A program made the translations under genes and the position numbers. From NCBI GenBank assembly GCA_030622545.1, contig JAUXGA010000009.1:42203-106202 (forward strand): a stretch of 64,000 nt of DNA, written 5' to 3'. Source of the DNA: a bacterium (GTDB lineage: Bacteria > Electryoneota > RPQS01 > DYHQ01). Of the stretch, positions 18,604 to 27,841 are shown piece by piece (position 1 is the first letter of the stretch; every line of letters begins with the position of its first letter). The notes below the pieces were generated by a model. It worked only from the letters and a program-made list of their open reading frames with translations, ran no database searches and was not told the origin of the DNA.

Positions 18604-20325
18604 ATGGAAATTCCTGAACTACAAGAATTACTTGCCGTCTCCCGCGGAGAACGTCCGGCGGAGTTGCTGCTGAAAAACGCTCGCGTCGTCAACGTTGCCG
18701 CCTGCGAAATCATCGAAACATCCGTCGCCGTCTTCAAAGGGCGCATCGCAGGTCTGGGTGATTACAAAGCCGAGAAGGTTATTGACCTGAAAGGAGCGCT
18801 CTTGGCGCCGTCCTTCCTCGACGGACACATTCATCTTGAAAGCAGCCTGCTGGCCCCCGACCAGTTCGCGCGCGCCGTCGTGCCGCATGGTACCGGAGGC
18901 GTCGTCTGGGATCCGCACGAATTCGCCAATGTTCTCGGAACCACCGGCCTCGATTATGTTCTTCGAGCGACAGAGGGATTGCCCCTCGCTGTCTGGGTGA
19001 TGTTGCCGTCGTGTGTCCCTGCGACGCACATGGAAACCTCGGGCGCGGATTTGGACGCGGAAACACTCGCGCCCTTTCTCGAACACCCGCACGTCATCGG
19101 CATCGCCGAAGTCATGAATTTCCCCGGCGTCATCTATGGCGACGAATCTGTTCTGGCGAAAATTCACCTCGGCGCAGCGCGACCCATAGACGGCCACGCG
19201 CCCGGGCTTTCCGGCACCGCGCTGCAAGCGTATTTGGCCTCCGGTATCGGTACGGATCACGAGTGCACCACACTTGAGGAAGCCCGCGAAAAACTGCGCG
19301 GAGGGATGTCGATTTTGATTCGCGAAGGTTCCACTGCGAAGAATCTTGAAGCTCTCTTGCCGCTTATCAAACCCGAAACCGCCCGGCGATTTGCCTTCGT
19401 CTCGGATGATCGCCATGCGGACGACCTGCTCGACGAAGGTCATCTCGATGCGACCTTGCGCAAAGCTGTCGCGCTGGGGCTTGATCCTATTCTTGCGCTG
19501 CAGCTTGCGAGTTTCAACACCGCTGAAATCTTCGGACGCAAGGACGTAGGTCTCATCGCGCCGGGGCGGCTGGCGAATTTCGTCCAGCTTAAAGACATGA
19601 AAACATTCAACGTCGCGCGCGTCTGGCACGAGGGTCAGCTTGTCGCTGAAGAAGGTCAATTGTTGCTTGAGTTGCCGACGCCTGATATCAGCGACGTTAC
19701 CGGCACAATGCATCTGCAAGACTTGACCCTTGAAGATTTCGCCGTACAAGCGCCCGACAGTCCTGTCCGCATTATCGAACTGATTCCTGAGCAGATCGTC
19801 ACCAAAGCTTCATCCGCGCGGCTTCCATCCATCAATGGAATGCTTCAAGCGGACAAGTCGCGCGATATCGCCAAGCTCGTCGTTGTCGAACGGCATCGCA
19901 ATACCGGCAACATCGGCAAAGGTTTTGTGCGCGGGTTCGGTTTGCAGAGCGGCGCGCTGGCGTCGTCAGTCGCTCACGATTCGCACAACATCGTCTGCGT
20001 GGGCACCGATGATAAAGACATATTACTTGCGGTGCAAACGCTGAAACAATTGGGAGGAGGTTTATGTGTGGTCAATAACGGAAAAGTATTAGCTCAGCTC
20101 GCGCTGCCTATCGCAGGTCTCGTCAGCGACCGCGCCGCACCGGAAGTCGCAGCAGACCTCGGCAAAATCGCACAAGCGGCGACATCTCTTGGAGTGAAAA
20201 TCAACGCGCCCTTCATGGCGCTTTCGTTTCTGGCCTTGCCGGTTATTCCTCACCTGAAGCTGACCGACAAAGGGCTTGTGGATGTCGACAAATTCTCAAT
20301 CGTACCCTTAGCCGTGGAATCGTAA
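18604..20325 (+). CDS. ade: Adenine deaminase
   Basis: DGHIHLES, DPHE, EVMNFPG, DGHAP, TDHEC, IREGS, AHDSHN, LSFLALPVIP. Confidence 0.95.
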   Translation: MEIPELQELLAVSRGERPAELLLKNARVVNVAACEIIETSVAVFKGRIAGLGDYKAEKVIDLKGALLAPSFLDGHIHLESSLLAPDQFARAVVPHGTGGVVWDPHEFANVLGTTGLDYVLRATEGLPLAVWVMLPSCVPATHMETSGADLDAETLAPFLEHPHVIGIAEVMNFPGVIYGDESVLAKIHLGAARPIDGHAPGLSGTALQAYLASGIGTDHECTTLEEAREKLRGGMSILIREGSTAKNLEALLPLIKPETARRFAFVSDDRHADDLLDEGHLDATLRKAVALGLDPILALQLASFNTAEIFGRKDVGLIAPGRLANFVQLKDMKTFNVARVWHEGQLVAEEGQLLLELPTPDISDVTGTMHLQDLTLEDFAVQAPDSPVRIIELIPEQIVTKASSARLPSINGMLQADKSRDIAKLVVVERHRNTGNIGKGFVRGFGLQSGALASSVAHDSHNIVCVGTDDKDILLAVQTLKQLGGGLCVVNNGKVLAQLALPIAGLVSDRAAPEVAADLGKIAQAATSLGVKINAPFMALSFLALPVIPHLKLTDKGLVDVDKFSIVPLAVES

Positions 20326-20363
20326 CGACCGCCGAGGCAGATTGGCGAATCTACCCGGAATGT
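20174..20363 (+). repeat. Direct repeat copy 1 (ade 3' end plus CGCCG hairpin)
   Basis: Aligns with 22213-22401. Confidence 0.9.
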
Positions 20364-20386
20364 CAAACCATTAAGCGGAGATCGTA

Positions 20387-22075
20387 ATGAACTTTTGGAT
20401 AGCGCTTCTGGATATATTGATCCTGCTAACGGCGGCCATGGTTTTGGGTGGGCTTTGCGAGCGAATGAAGCAGAGTGCGATACTCGGTTACTTGCTCGCT
20501 GGCACGTTGCTTGGACCCAATGCGCTCGACCTGATGCCGAATCATGCTGCCGTTGCGACCATCGCTGAATTGGGTATTGCGCTGCTGTTGTTTACTATCG
20601 GGCTGGAATTCTCCTGGCGCCGGCTGAAAAACATCGGAGCCATCGGTTTCGGAGGTGGGACCCTGCAGGTAGTGGTGACTGGCGCTTTGACGGCTTGGAT
20701 CTGCATTGAACTTGGTCTGGAGATTTTCGCGGCGCTTGCTGTCGGCGCCATGATTGCATTAAGTAGCACCGCTGCGGTATTGCGCTTGCTGATAAGGCGG
20801 GCGGAATTCGATAGCGGCTACGGCCGCAATGCATTGGGTATCCTGCTTCTGCAGGACATCGCTGTAGTTCCGCTCGTACTCATGATAACGATTCTGGGCA
20901 GTGGAGGTTCGGCCCTTCAGATCGGCTTGGAAATGGGACGGGCTGTTGGAGTGGCCGCAATCTTAGTTGGAGTGCTTTACCTGCTGCTGAACTATGTCGT
21001 GCCTTTATTTCTCAAGGTAGAAGAAGCGGCGCGCAATCGTGAGTTGCCGACTCTGCTGGCGATTGTCATGGCCGTTGGGGCAGGGTGGGTATCACATAGC
21101 TTAGGCCTCTCTCCAGTATTGGGAGCGTTTGTTGCCGGAATGCTGCTCGCCGAGTCCCCGTTTGCCACCCAAATCCGCGCGGATATTACTCCTTTGCGGA
21201 CGCTGTTCGTGACACTGTTTTTCAGTTCGATCGGTATGTTGAGCAATCCCGCCTGGATACTAAAACACTGGGAATTGGTCGCGATAGTGGTGGCTGCTAT
21301 CATCTTGGGCAAAGCGATCATTGCATCCGGCGTGGTACGCCTGTTCCGTTCCTCGTCGGGTCACGCCGTTGCGACAGGCATTTGCCTCGCTCAGGTTGGC
21401 GAGTTTTCGTTTGTTCTCGCTGAAGTGGCGAGGGGAAAGCAGTTAATCACCGGGGATATATTCGAACTGATCGTCGCAGCAACCATCATAACTCTCTTCC
21501 TCACACCGTATTTAATCGCTGTTGCGCCACGCATCGCTGTAGTCGTGGGCAGATTTTCGGGTCACGTACTTCAGGAATTGCGTCCCTTGGGCGAAACATC
21601 ACTCGAACCTGACTCAGGATTAAGTGACCATATCGTGATTGTTGGATTCGGACCTGCAGGAAAGAAAGCCGCTGAGGCGTTCATCAAACAACAAGAACAG
21701 ATTGTCATTGTTGAATTAAGTTCCAAGTTGGCGGCTGAGGCGCAGGCGTATGGTCTTCTAACCTACATCGGGGATGCAACCACTGTGGAAGTACTGGATC
21801 ATCTACACCTCGGAGCAGCCAAGGCTGTTGTTCTAACAGTACCTGATCCGACAACGGCGCGGCATATCACCGAGCAGATCCGCTCACTATCGCCTGAGAC
21901 GCTGATTATCGCACGCGCCCGTTATCACAGGTATCGATCAGATTTGATTCATGCTGGAGTAAACGCGATTATTGACGAGGAAAAGGAAGTCGGTTTACAG
22001 ATTGCCTTAAAAGTGCAGACAATGCTGCAGACCGTTGACTCTGAACAACAGCCTGCGAATGACAACGCAGGGTAA
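20387..22075 (+). CDS. CPA2/Kef-type cation:proton antiporter with TrkA-N domain
   Basis: Multi-TM; LLLFTIGLE, LSSTA, LLQD, QVGEFSFV; C-terminal IVIVGFGPAG Rossmann domain. Confidence 0.92.
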   Translation: MNFWIALLDILILLTAAMVLGGLCERMKQSAILGYLLAGTLLGPNALDLMPNHAAVATIAELGIALLLFTIGLEFSWRRLKNIGAIGFGGGTLQVVVTGALTAWICIELGLEIFAALAVGAMIALSSTAAVLRLLIRRAEFDSGYGRNALGILLLQDIAVVPLVLMITILGSGGSALQIGLEMGRAVGVAAILVGVLYLLLNYVVPLFLKVEEAARNRELPTLLAIVMAVGAGWVSHSLGLSPVLGAFVAGMLLAESPFATQIRADITPLRTLFVTLFFSSIGMLSNPAWILKHWELVAIVVAAIILGKAIIASGVVRLFRSSSGHAVATGICLAQVGEFSFVLAEVARGKQLITGDIFELIVAATIITLFLTPYLIAVAPRIAVVVGRFSGHVLQELRPLGETSLEPDSGLSDHIVIVGFGPAGKKAAEAFIKQQEQIVIVELSSKLAAEAQAYGLLTYIGDATTVEVLDHLHLGAAKAVVLTVPDPTTARHITEQIRSLSPETLIIARARYHRYRSDLIHAGVNAIIDEEKEVGLQIALKVQTMLQTVDSEQQPANDNAG

Positions 22076-22212
22076 CGCAGGATGATATTACCGTTGTGGA
22101 TTCCCAAATACGCAATGAGTACTAACATAGCCAAATAAAACACCCGCTATGAACGCTTACCAACATCTCCGTACACCTCTCGAGCGCTTCTGGCGCGCAC
22201 TCCTCGGCGAGA

Positions 22213-22401
22213 AAGCCGCCACCTCTCTCGGAGTAAAAATCAACGCTCCCTTCATGGCGCTTTCGTTTCTGGCCTTGCCGGTTATCCATCACCTGAAACT
22301 GACCGATAAAGGCCTCGTGGATGTCGACAAATTCGCAATCGTTCCCTTGGGGGTGGATTCGTAACAACCGCCGAGGCAGATCCCTGATCTGCCCGGAATG
22401 T
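22213..22401 (+). pseudogene. Diverged duplicate of the last ~50 codons of ade plus its downstream hairpin repeat
   Basis: AATSLGVKINAPFMALSFLALPVIHHLKLTDKGLVDVDKF matches the ade C-terminus. Confidence 0.88.
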
Positions 22402-22438
22402 TAATCCCGAAGTGACTACTAATAAAAGGAGGTACTCC

Positions 22439-23674
22439 ATGTCCCATAGAACCATCGCTATTCTATTGGCAAATCTAATTCTTGTTTCCACGGCGTTTCC
22501 CGCGGCATGTGTGGTTTGTCACAAGAAAATTACTCCCTCTATCGTCACAGACTGGCAATTGAGCAAGCACAGTCAAAATGACGTGGATTGTTCCGTTTGT
22601 CACGGCAGCGAGCACAACTCGGCGAAGAACATTGCGAATGTCAAAATCCCGACGCCGGAAACCTGCGCTCAATGCCACGAAACTCAGGTGGAACAATTCA
22701 AATCCGGCAAACATGCTTTTGCATGGGCGGCGATGAAAGCCATGCCAACCGCTCACTGGCAGCCCATGACCATGATGGAAGGCATGAAAGGTTGCGGCGG
22801 CTGCCACAAACTCGGACTGAAGAGTGAAGACGAGATTAAAGAGCTGAAAAAAGACGGCGCCGGATTTGGTGTCGCTTCCTGCGATGCCTGTCATACGCGG
22901 CATCTCTTTTCCGCGGAAGAAGCTCGCCAGCCGCAAGCGTGCCGAACCTGCCACATGGGGATTGATCATCCGCAATGGGAAATGTATTCATCGTCCAAAC
23001 ACGGCGTCCGCAATGAACTGAAACAATTCGGAATCCTCCCCGAGACCGCGGCAGCGCCAACTTGCCAGACCTGCCACATGGATGAAGGAAACCATGCAGT
23101 GCGAACCGCGTGGGGATTTCTTGCCGTCCGGCTTCCCATGCCGGAGGACGAACAATGGGCCAGCGACCGCGCGACCATTCTTCAGGGACTCGGCGTGCTC
23201 GACCCGCAGGGTAATCCCACAGCTCGGCTGGATGTCGTGAAAGCGGCGGATCTCGCAAGGCTCACTCAGGAAGACTGGCAACAGGAACGCGACAAGATGA
23301 TAAAGACATGCAAGCAATGTCACTCCGGTGATTTTGCGAAAGGAGAGCTCGAAAAGGGTGACGAGATGATTCAGCAGGCTGATCATCTCATGGCCGAAGC
23401 CATCCGCACAATCGCGGCTCTCTATCAGGACGGCGTTCTTGAACAACCGGAAAGCTATGCCTATCCATTTCCCGATTTGCTCACGTTCCACGACGCGCCG
23501 ACTCCGATTGAGCAGACGCTCTTCCTGATGTTCTTGAAGCATCGCATGCGAACCTTTCAGGGAACCTTCCACGCCAATCCGGACTACGCCCTCTGGTACG
23601 GCTGGAGCGAAATGGTGCGAGACCTTTCCGAGATAAACACCCGAGCCGAAGAACTCCGCGCCAACGCCAAATAA
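22439..23674 (+). CDS. Octaheme cytochrome c, hydroxylamine oxidoreductase-like
   Basis: Signal peptide; 8 CxxCH motifs; CDACHTRHLFS, CHMGIDHPQWE.Y.SSKHG, FHANPDY. Confidence 0.88.
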   Translation: MSHRTIAILLANLILVSTAFPAACVVCHKKITPSIVTDWQLSKHSQNDVDCSVCHGSEHNSAKNIANVKIPTPETCAQCHETQVEQFKSGKHAFAWAAMKAMPTAHWQPMTMMEGMKGCGGCHKLGLKSEDEIKELKKDGAGFGVASCDACHTRHLFSAEEARQPQACRTCHMGIDHPQWEMYSSSKHGVRNELKQFGILPETAAAPTCQTCHMDEGNHAVRTAWGFLAVRLPMPEDEQWASDRATILQGLGVLDPQGNPTARLDVVKAADLARLTQEDWQQERDKMIKTCKQCHSGDFAKGELEKGDEMIQQADHLMAEAIRTIAALYQDGVLEQPESYAYPFPDLLTFHDAPTPIEQTLFLMFLKHRMRTFQGTFHANPDYALWYGWSEMVRDLSEINTRAEELRANAK

Positions 23675-23691
23675 CGGAAAAATAATTTAAC

Positions 23692-23794
23692 CGCCGCGAG
23701 GGGTGTCCTCACCCCTCGCGCGACATTCCGCCGAGCCGGGTCGCTCAGGCCTCGGCCGCAATACTCGCCGTTGTGGGTATCGTTTATCCGCAAT
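23692..23794 (+). repeat. Three CGCCG-family repeats
   Basis: Units start at 23692, 23729 and 23766. Confidence 0.8.
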
Positions 23795-24185
23795 AGTATC
23801 AAAGCAACAGCCGCCACGGATTCACCGGGCGGCTGTTGTATTGTGAAGGATTGCGTTCGCTCTAAGTTAGCTCTTCTTCATCAGAGCAAAAGCGAATGTA
23901 TCATGGTCTTCGTATGCGCGAATCGGGCTGTGACCGTCTCGTGTGCGCGGATACGTATGCAGCTCAACAGCAAAGGCACATTACTCATACGGTCCATACA
24001 CACCGACTTTCCGCAGCAAATGTTCTGCCGTGTAGGACTCTGTCGTCGGAATGGTTCCCACGTGAAACCGGGCACGCTAACGCCATGCCGAGGCGAATAT
24101 TTTTTTTAGGGTTGATGATAGAGATTGAGAAGAAGCTGCGGGCATGTGAGACTCTTCATCGGAAATTAAGAACAAAACCATTACC

Positions 24186-24713
24186 TCATTTTTTAAGGGT
24201 ATATTCGCCTTCCCAGTCCACAGTGTAAGTCGTCTTTGAGATGAACTGTCCCTTATAGGTGCCATTCCCCTGGATGTTCTCGAATTGACCGGTCCCGCTT
24301 ATCCAAGAGATAGTTCCTTCAAATGCCATGATAGGGCCGTCTTTGCCGGAAACCGTGGTAATTCTGCCTTGCCATTTCATGAAAGCTTTGTCACTTTCTT
24401 GGGAGAATTCACCATAGCCTTGGTGCGGTCCGTTCCCTTTTATAAGATCAGCGAATGATACATTGGCATGCTCAGTATCATCCATGAACTTGTTCGCGCC
24501 CGTACTGACATTCGTCCCTTCATACGTAGTTAGATAAAAAACATGACCTTCCATGTCTCCAATCGCGACGGTGTCTCGCTGAATCAGAGTCATTGTCATT
24601 TTCCCTGAGACTTTGGTTTGTGCCTGTGCTACCGACGGCAAGACACCGATAGCAAAGACCACGACGACACAAATGAATAGTGTCATCGAGCGTTTGAATG
24701 TAAGTAAGTACAT
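24186..24713 (-). CDS. Secreted beta-rich hypothetical protein
   Basis: GGAGG RBS before ATG 24713, signal peptide ending AQA, ISGTGQFENIQGNGTY motif. Confidence 0.75.
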   Translation of the reverse strand: MYLLTFKRSMTLFICVVVVFAIGVLPSVAQAQTKVSGKMTMTLIQRDTVAIGDMEGHVFYLTTYEGTNVSTGANKFMDDTEHANVSFADLIKGNGPHQGYGEFSQESDKAFMKWQGRITTVSGKDGPIMAFEGTISWISGTGQFENIQGNGTYKGQFISKTTYTVDWEGEYTLKK

Positions 24714-24852
24714 AGGTATTGCCTCCTTTGGCCAGAAAGTTGAAAAGGACTTAGCCCGCAACCTCTTCTCAATCCCTGTTATTAATTTAAAATTGTCGCG
24801 ATTTTCTATCGTTAGAACAGATTTTTGTTTCTTCTGTTTCATGTCCGGAAGG

Positions 24853-27501
24853 TTAGCGCAATTCCCGCCCGGCTACAGCCTTAATCGTTATCGTTAAGCG
24901 CCGGTTGTAGTTTTTTATCTCGTAGGTTTGCGGTCTGCCGCCGGGAATGAAAAGAGTCAGATAGCTTGGTTTTGATTCAACCAGACCGCCGAAATATTGC
25001 ACAAAACTATGTTGACTTGTTGTACCTTTTCCGCCTTGGATTTGCCGAAGCTGAAGAAGTTTTCCCTGCGCAAGTTCGAGAATTATCCCCACGGCCGAGC
25101 GGTTGCCTTTCACATCTATCAGTTTGATTTCCAGCCAGCCGTGTGGATTCGTTTCGTTGCGAAAAAGCCGGACGCCCGAACCTGATCCGACAATCAAGTC
25201 AAGATCTCCGTCCGAATCATAATCCGAGAACGCACATCCCCAACCATTGAATGCGCGCACACCGGCTAAATAGGTGACGTCGGTGAAATGCCCGCCATTG
25301 TTTAGATAAAGAAACGAGCGCAGATTCTTATAGATGGACGTAACAAACAAATCAAGGTCGCCGTCACCATCCACATCTCCCCACGCCGGATCCGAATGCG
25401 TCTCCTCAAACTTAATGCCGCGAAACACTCGCTCATCCTTCCACAGCGAATCGGTCTTGCCGGGGTTGACATAGAGCATCATCTTGTTTGAGAATTCGAT
25501 ATAGCGCGGATGCGCAAGATTCGCGCAGATGATATCGAAATCGCCGTCATTATCAAAATCACCCCATTCCGACCCTATCGTATGACCGAACCAGTTCTCC
25601 ATCTCTTCACCGTTCAAATGAAGTTCCGGAGCGATGTTGACAAACCCACCTCGTGAATTATTTTGAAATAAAAAATTCTCCTGCAGGCGATAATTCGAGA
25701 CGTGGCAGTCAGCATCGCCGTCTCCATCGAAATCACACCACGCCACTCCTCGACCACAGCGAGGTTCGTCAAACGGCGGCATCATTCCGCGCTCGGATGT
25801 CTCGCGTCGAAACGTGCCGTCGCCTTGATTCATAGTGAGAATATCCGGTGTGCCGCTGCTTCGTGAACTGGGGTTTTCATAATTCGCAACATACAAATCG
25901 AGGAAGCCGTCATTATCCGCATCCGCCCACGCCGCGCCTTCCGAAGACGACGAATCGCACATCATCCCCGCTTTTTCTGTAGCATCTTCAAACATACCGT
26001 CCGGCAGTGCGCGCCATAATTTGTCTCCGCACTCGCCGTCGCCCGTCGCGTAGAAATCCAGATGACCGTCATTGTCATAATCCCCCCAAACACCACCGGA
26101 TGCTCCTGCCGCAATACCCGCGACTTCTGTGATGTCAATAAAAACGCCGTCATCATTTCGAAGCAAAACCGAACCGGAAAGAAGAAGGTCATCGTCGCCA
26201 TCGTTATCGAAATCGCCCCAAGCGACGCGAGATTGGTGATAGCCTTCCAAACCAACTTCCTCTGTCACATCTTGAAAAATCGGCCCAGTGTAATTCGTTG
26301 CTTCACGCGCCCATTCGAGTGGAGCAGCGACGCCGATTGCCCGCAGCGTCGAGTCCGCTTTCGGTGTCCAGAGATTGCGCCGGTCGCCCGCGATAAGAGC
26401 TTCCGCAAGAGCAAGCTTCGCGCGCGCTGTATCAGAGACAAGATAACTCCACGCACCAAGGACATGCAGACCGCAAAGCGTCAAATCGTCTTCCATATCC
26501 AAAGGCGACGTGTCGATACTGCTCCGATATAGTCGCAGAGCGTTTTCGGTTTTTCCGTTTTTCAAAAGACTCCAGACAAGGCTCTCGTGAATTGAAAGCC
26601 ACAATCGTTTCGTTTCATAGGTGCGCTGCATCGGATGCTTAGCGTCAGGAAAACGATATGACTTGGACAGTTCACGCGCTTTCTCACTCCAGCTTGGCGC
26701 TTTCACCGGCAGCGTATCCAGACGAACACACCACGCCGCAGTTGCAGAGTAGGGAAGAGGACTTGCGGTTTCTTCGGTTATCCATCGCTCAGCATAGAGA
26801 AAAAGGGAATCATCTCTTCCGGCGTCTTCGCATGCCGATAGCAGAAACCGGTACGCTTCATTTCGCCAGAACGAATGCGGATATTCTTGTGTGAACTTGT
26901 CGCAGAAATGAATTTTCTTTTCGGCATCTCGCCAGATAGGGTAAAGGCTGTCGTAGAACATTTCACCGAGAAAATCATAGCCGGTCTGATTATCCGGAAA
27001 CATGCGGACAAGCGAATCGAGATAGACAACGAATCGCACTGTATCAAGAGCCATCCTTGACGAAATCGCTAACATCTCAAGACGATTCTCTTTGAGTAAA
27101 AACCTTGCTGTTTGCTCAGCTTCTTGAGTAATTGACTTGCAGACTTGCATCGTATCGACGAGTCCTTTTTCAGCCAGACCTGACAAACATTCCCACCGTG
27201 CTTTCCAGAATTCGACATTGGCCGCGTCCTGACGCAAGACATTCTGCCACGCCGCCGCAGCGTGTTCGTATTCGCGCCAAGCTTGATACGTCCGCGCAAC
27301 TTCGACAAGCGTTGCAACATCCTGATAGTCATTTTCAAGGATGGGCTTGAGAAGGTAGATGGCTTCCTCGAAGCGATATTCCCGCCGCAATGTCTCTATT
27401 TTATCCTGCATCGCATCATCGAGAGCAAAGACGCACGACACCCAAAAGGCGACGATAAAGAATAAAAGTACGTATCTATAGCGAAGAATTCTAGGAAACA
27501 T
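24853..27501 (-). CDS. CRTAC1/ASPIC-UnbV family FG-GAP repeat protein with TPR-like N-terminus
   Basis: Repeated WGD(F/Y)DNDGxxD motifs, FxDVTxxxG linkers, signal peptide. Confidence 0.88.
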   Translation of the reverse strand: MFPRILRYRYVLLFFIVAFWVSCVFALDDAMQDKIETLRREYRFEEAIYLLKPILENDYQDVATLVEVARTYQAWREYEHAAAAWQNVLRQDAANVEFWKARWECLSGLAEKGLVDTMQVCKSITQEAEQTARFLLKENRLEMLAISSRMALDTVRFVVYLDSLVRMFPDNQTGYDFLGEMFYDSLYPIWRDAEKKIHFCDKFTQEYPHSFWRNEAYRFLLSACEDAGRDDSLFLYAERWITEETASPLPYSATAAWCVRLDTLPVKAPSWSEKARELSKSYRFPDAKHPMQRTYETKRLWLSIHESLVWSLLKNGKTENALRLYRSSIDTSPLDMEDDLTLCGLHVLGAWSYLVSDTARAKLALAEALIAGDRRNLWTPKADSTLRAIGVAAPLEWAREATNYTGPIFQDVTEEVGLEGYHQSRVAWGDFDNDGDDDLLLSGSVLLRNDDGVFIDITEVAGIAAGASGGVWGDYDNDGHLDFYATGDGECGDKLWRALPDGMFEDATEKAGMMCDSSSSEGAAWADADNDGFLDLYVANYENPSSRSSGTPDILTMNQGDGTFRRETSERGMMPPFDEPRCGRGVAWCDFDGDGDADCHVSNYRLQENFLFQNNSRGGFVNIAPELHLNGEEMENWFGHTIGSEWGDFDNDGDFDIICANLAHPRYIEFSNKMMLYVNPGKTDSLWKDERVFRGIKFEETHSDPAWGDVDGDGDLDLFVTSIYKNLRSFLYLNNGGHFTDVTYLAGVRAFNGWGCAFSDYDSDGDLDLIVGSGSGVRLFRNETNPHGWLEIKLIDVKGNRSAVGIILELAQGKLLQLRQIQGGKGTTSQHSFVQYFGGLVESKPSYLTLFIPGGRPQTYEIKNYNRRLTITIKAVAGRELR

Positions 27502-27639
27502 TATCTATCAAATTTCCCTCTGTAATTTTTTCTGACGGAAGAGAAGTGACGTGTAGCCCGGACATACGTCACGTTTCACGAGAAAAGTTTCAGCCATAGC
27601 TCTATCCTTTTGGAAGTATTGTCATTGAAAAATAACAAT

Positions 27640-27746
27640 CGCCGCGAATGTGTACCTCGCTCTTCGCGGTAAAAATTCGCCGTCTTAGTGGTATCGCATA
27701 CTCGCAACATTCACGCCGAGGCAGATCCCCTGACCTGCCCGGAATG
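27640..27746 (+). repeat. Three CGCCG-family repeats
   Basis: Units at 27640, 27678 (degenerate) and 27714-27746. Confidence 0.8.
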
Positions 27747-27841
27747 TCAAACATAGATACACTGACTCATTCCCCCTTCGATGCTGGCAGCAATTCTAGA
27801 ATTGTGTTTCAAGGCTTGACAGACTAACAGTAAGAAGCTTA

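Noticed and set aside
22149-22364. 71-aa ORF as a functional gene
   Set aside because: It is a chance upstream start fused to the duplicated ade tail
20174-22401. ade tail duplication as a DGR template/variable repeat pair
   Set aside because: Differences are mostly synonymous and not adenine-specific; no reverse transcriptase in the window
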